DNA of 64,000 nucleotides from Setoptus koraiensis (Eukaryota; Animalia; Arthropoda): NCBI GenBank assembly GCA_048013815.1, contig CM106585.1, positions 21,142,001 to 21,206,000 of the forward strand, read 5' to 3'. Shown piece by piece: positions 61,241 to 64,000 of this stretch (position 1 is its first letter; each line of letters starts with the position of its first letter). The notes under the pieces were generated by a model. It saw only the letters and a program-made list of their open reading frames with translations, ran no database searches and was not told where the DNA came from. The position numbers and the translations under genes were made by a program.

Positions 61241-62650
61241 TCGCATGTTGTTGTAGTTAGTAATAGTTGTATAAGTCACTGGTCGCTCCGTAGAGACTCT
61301 ATTAGAGAGTCACTGCGCAGAGAGTGACCAGTGGCCAGTAGCAAGGTGGCGGGCATAAATTGAGTTGTGACCGGCATCATTATGCGGGGCGTCATGTGTG
61401 GCGAAGAAGGATATAGTAATGATGCACCTGTCCACTCACTTGGTCATTTAATGATCGGCTGTGCATCGGTGAGGGGTGATTCTACTTTTGGCTGGGCTCA
61501 AAAAGGCGGGTCGGCGGGCATTGAATATTCAGCAAAATTAGAATATTCAGCAAAATAAGAATATCCAAAATATTAGAATATTCAGAATATTTGCCCCAAT
61601 ACAGCATTGTAAAGGCAAAAGATAAATAAAAATGGCGCAAAAGTCGTGACGCGTGTTGGCGTCGGCGACATTCAAGTCGGCTGACCCCGTGACACTGTTG
61701 TGAGTTTCAGTGGTGAGTGTCAACTTGTGAGTCAAGTTGGTCTCATTTGGTGCGCTGGCGTTTGTTGCGAGCGCGCCGAAAAAGTGCAACCGGTCATTAC
61801 AGTGACCGTCTATTGAGCCGACTGTTGAGCACAAAGAGGATTTACAATTAGTGCCAATCAATGGCTCGTGATAGTCGGTAAAGGTGGAAAATTCTCGAAG
61901 TGTTCCACAATATTCATGGTGTTGGGTGCATTGCACCCACCTCTGGACCATAGACTCTGGTGTCTCTGTGCGACGTGTGTCGCCTTTGTATCGTACTGAT
62001 CAATGCTGGTGCAAATCAATTATGCAACTAATATGCATATTAGTGATGGACACAACACACCGATACGCGCTCTTGTCCAGCGATTAATTGTCCAGCGATC
62101 AGTAATCGATTGATAGCTTGACAACACTGGCCTATAATGAGCAATCAGCCGGTAGCTGGCTTGACCGTGCAGCCATGACACAGTACACGGTGCACGGTGC
62201 ATCATGTTCAAAGTGGTGTAGTGCATGACCAGTTGCACCAGTTGCACCAGTGGCACCAGCAGCGCTCGCAGCGGCGGCAAGAGACAACAACGAGCAGATT
62301 TGTAGAGTGCAACAGCATGTTGTGACTCACAGCCATTGCGAGGGGGGCTCGTGGCCGGCAAGTGCCAGCTGTTTCCGATATAGTGTTACCTGGACTGGCC
62401 TGAAGGCGGTTTGGTGTGGCGCATGCGCCCCGCGAGCGGCTACTGTGTTGAGTCTTTTCGTTTTTGTTTTTTTTTTTTGTTTTTCATTTTGCTGGATTTT
62501 GTTCGACGGGCGAGCGAACTTCTCGAATGGCCAATCCAGTGGCAAGTTGTTTGAGAGCGAGCATGCGCGTTAACAACAGTTCGACGCTCACATTTGCGCT
62601 CACATGCTCAAACGCGACGCGTCGCTTCGATTCGATCAAATTCGGTTAAA

Positions 62651-62710
62651 GTCGATCAAATCCGATAAAATTCGATAAAATTCGATAAAATTCGATAAAA
62701 TTCGATTAAA
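62651..62710. repeat. 10-mer TTCGATAAAA tandem repeat (4-6 degenerate units)
   Basis: Read directly from the sequence. Confidence 0.9.
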
Positions 62711-62842
62711 CTGACCATTTGGTGTAACGTTCGACTCGTCCAGTCCAATCGTTTCGACGGACAATTGTGAATCAATTAATTAATTAATCAACGGTCAATA
62801 TTGCATCAGCGGCATCAGCAGCAGCAGCAACAACAACAACAG

Positions 62843-62940
62843 CAACAACCAACAACCAACAACCAACAACCAACAACCAACAACCAACAACCAACAACCA
62901 ACAACCAACAACCAACAATCAACAACCAACAACCAACAAC
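62843..62940. repeat. (CAACAAC)14 heptamer repeat
   Basis: 98 nt with one variant unit, just upstream of the Notch-ligand-like ORF. Confidence 0.95.
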
Positions 62941-63144
62941 CAGCAACAGCAACCTCATCGGCAACAACAAGTGCAACAACGACAACGACAAATGAGCAAA
63001 CAGAGCCACCCAATGAATTGGCTCAATTTACTGTTTAGGCGAGGTTGCCAGCGCAACGAGAGAGCCAAACAGAGCAGCAACAATCCTGGTGCCAACACTC
63101 ATTCAATCAGCACTAAATCAGCGACTGAAACGACATCACCAATA

Positions 63145-63537
63145 ATGGCAAATGCGGTGCACGCGCCGCCCTCACTAATAACAATAGTGACATTGGCAGC
63201 AGTAGTAATGTCCATGTTAGTGTCACGTGTTAGCTCGTCGGGAATGGTAGAGTTTGAATTCACCCATTTGGAGCAGCTCGATGTGAGCGGTCAGCATGCG
63301 AACGGATCGCGAACGAACAATCCCTCAATTAAGCTGACCATTTGTCTAAAAGAGGCCTTTGCCAGTCATTTGGGCCAGCCGTGTGCCTATGGCAACTCCA
63401 CCATAACATTGGCCAGACATCAGCACAATTCACCATTCAATCAGACACAATCAGACAATGCAAGCACCAGGCACAACAACAAACGCCAGCCTATATTGTC
63501 GAACCTGGTGAGAATTCCCTTCACATTCAGATGGATG
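63145..63537 (+). CDS. Delta/Serrate-like Notch-ligand N-terminal (MNNL/C2) domain protein, first coding exon
   Basis: Signal peptide (ITIVTLAAVVMSMLVSRVSS), SGMVEFEF, ICLKEAF, PCAYGNST, LVRIPFTFRW, then donor ATG|GTGAGT at 63538. An upstream in-frame ATG exists at 62992. The rest of the gene lies beyond the window. Confidence 0.75.
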
Positions 63538-64000
63538 GTGAGTACAATAATACATCTATTTTCGCTCAAAATTCCATTATTTCCTGTGAAATGAATTATC
63601 CCTGTGCCAACGAGCGGCCTGTGGTGACACTTGCTCAACTGTGCCCACTTTCACTTGTTGCGCAACCAACCACTGCCTCGTTTGTAGCAGATTGAATGAA
63701 ATCATCGAAGCCAACTATGAGTTTGCTCGTGCATAACTCACCTGTGAGCTTCTGGCCATTACTTCATCATGAATTCATTATGGCAACGCAGTCATTCATT
63801 AGAAGCTGTGTTTGCGGCATTCACAATGCCGATATTCACTGTCGGCAATCGGATTCACAATCGCACAGCAGCATTCATTTGCCAGTGCAGCCTTGGGTCG
63901 ATGAAGCTGGCACTCGATGAAGCGGGCACTCGATAAACCTACGATAACAAGTGTTGGGTTTCATCCAAACATCATGAAATAATCTTGAAATATCTGGATG

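Noticed and set aside
61700-61900. Possible additional MIF4G relic (HEP...LC, LHFFGAL, minus strand); similarly VVYEAV near 39200
   Set aside because: The spacing is wrong (the central helix is missing); could be chance.
63620-63740. MIF4G-like words LAQLC and RLNEIIEANYEFA
   Set aside because: They occur in the wrong order, which shows that single-motif matches arise by chance. For this reason only loci with at least three collinear motifs were called.
1-64000. CRISPR array, rRNA, tRNA or intact transposase/RT ORF
   Set aside because: The DNA is eukaryotic. Tandem repeats have no unique spacers, and I saw no tRNA cloverleaf, rRNA signature, or DDE/RT motifs.

Overview
Eukaryotic, intron-poor, low-complexity-rich animal DNA. 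It is arthropod and probably a mite; that assignment is inferred from gene content and compact introns. Supported protein-coding genes, with splice phases checked by hand: a PAN/Apple-domain type I membrane protein (-), a kinesin-3 of the KIF28/KLP-6 type (+), a tandem array of three single-exon genes for an orphan secreted helical protein (+), a five-exon netrin with a 12.1-kb intron (-), XPF/ERCC4 (+), a MAK/ICK kinase (-), two CYP3-clan-like P450s flanking a class B scavenger receptor (all -), and the first coding exon of a Delta/Serrate-like Notch-ligand-type gene (+). The main unexplained signal is non-coding. Most intergenic gaps, and the large netrin intron, contain a heavily decayed (stops and frameshifts) relic of the eIF4G MIF4G domain. 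I read nine well-supported relics and one weaker one, on both strands, resembling both eIF4G1/3 and DAP5/eIF4G2. These were recognised by eye from collinear motifs compared with remembered human sequences and need a frameshift-aware HMM search to confirm. The secreted-protein array also holds a 99%-identical captured fragment of the neighbouring kinesin whose substitutions are all synonymous, and a possible stop-codon readthrough or micro-intron that would double one paralog. No CRISPR array, rRNA, tRNA or intact transposase was seen.
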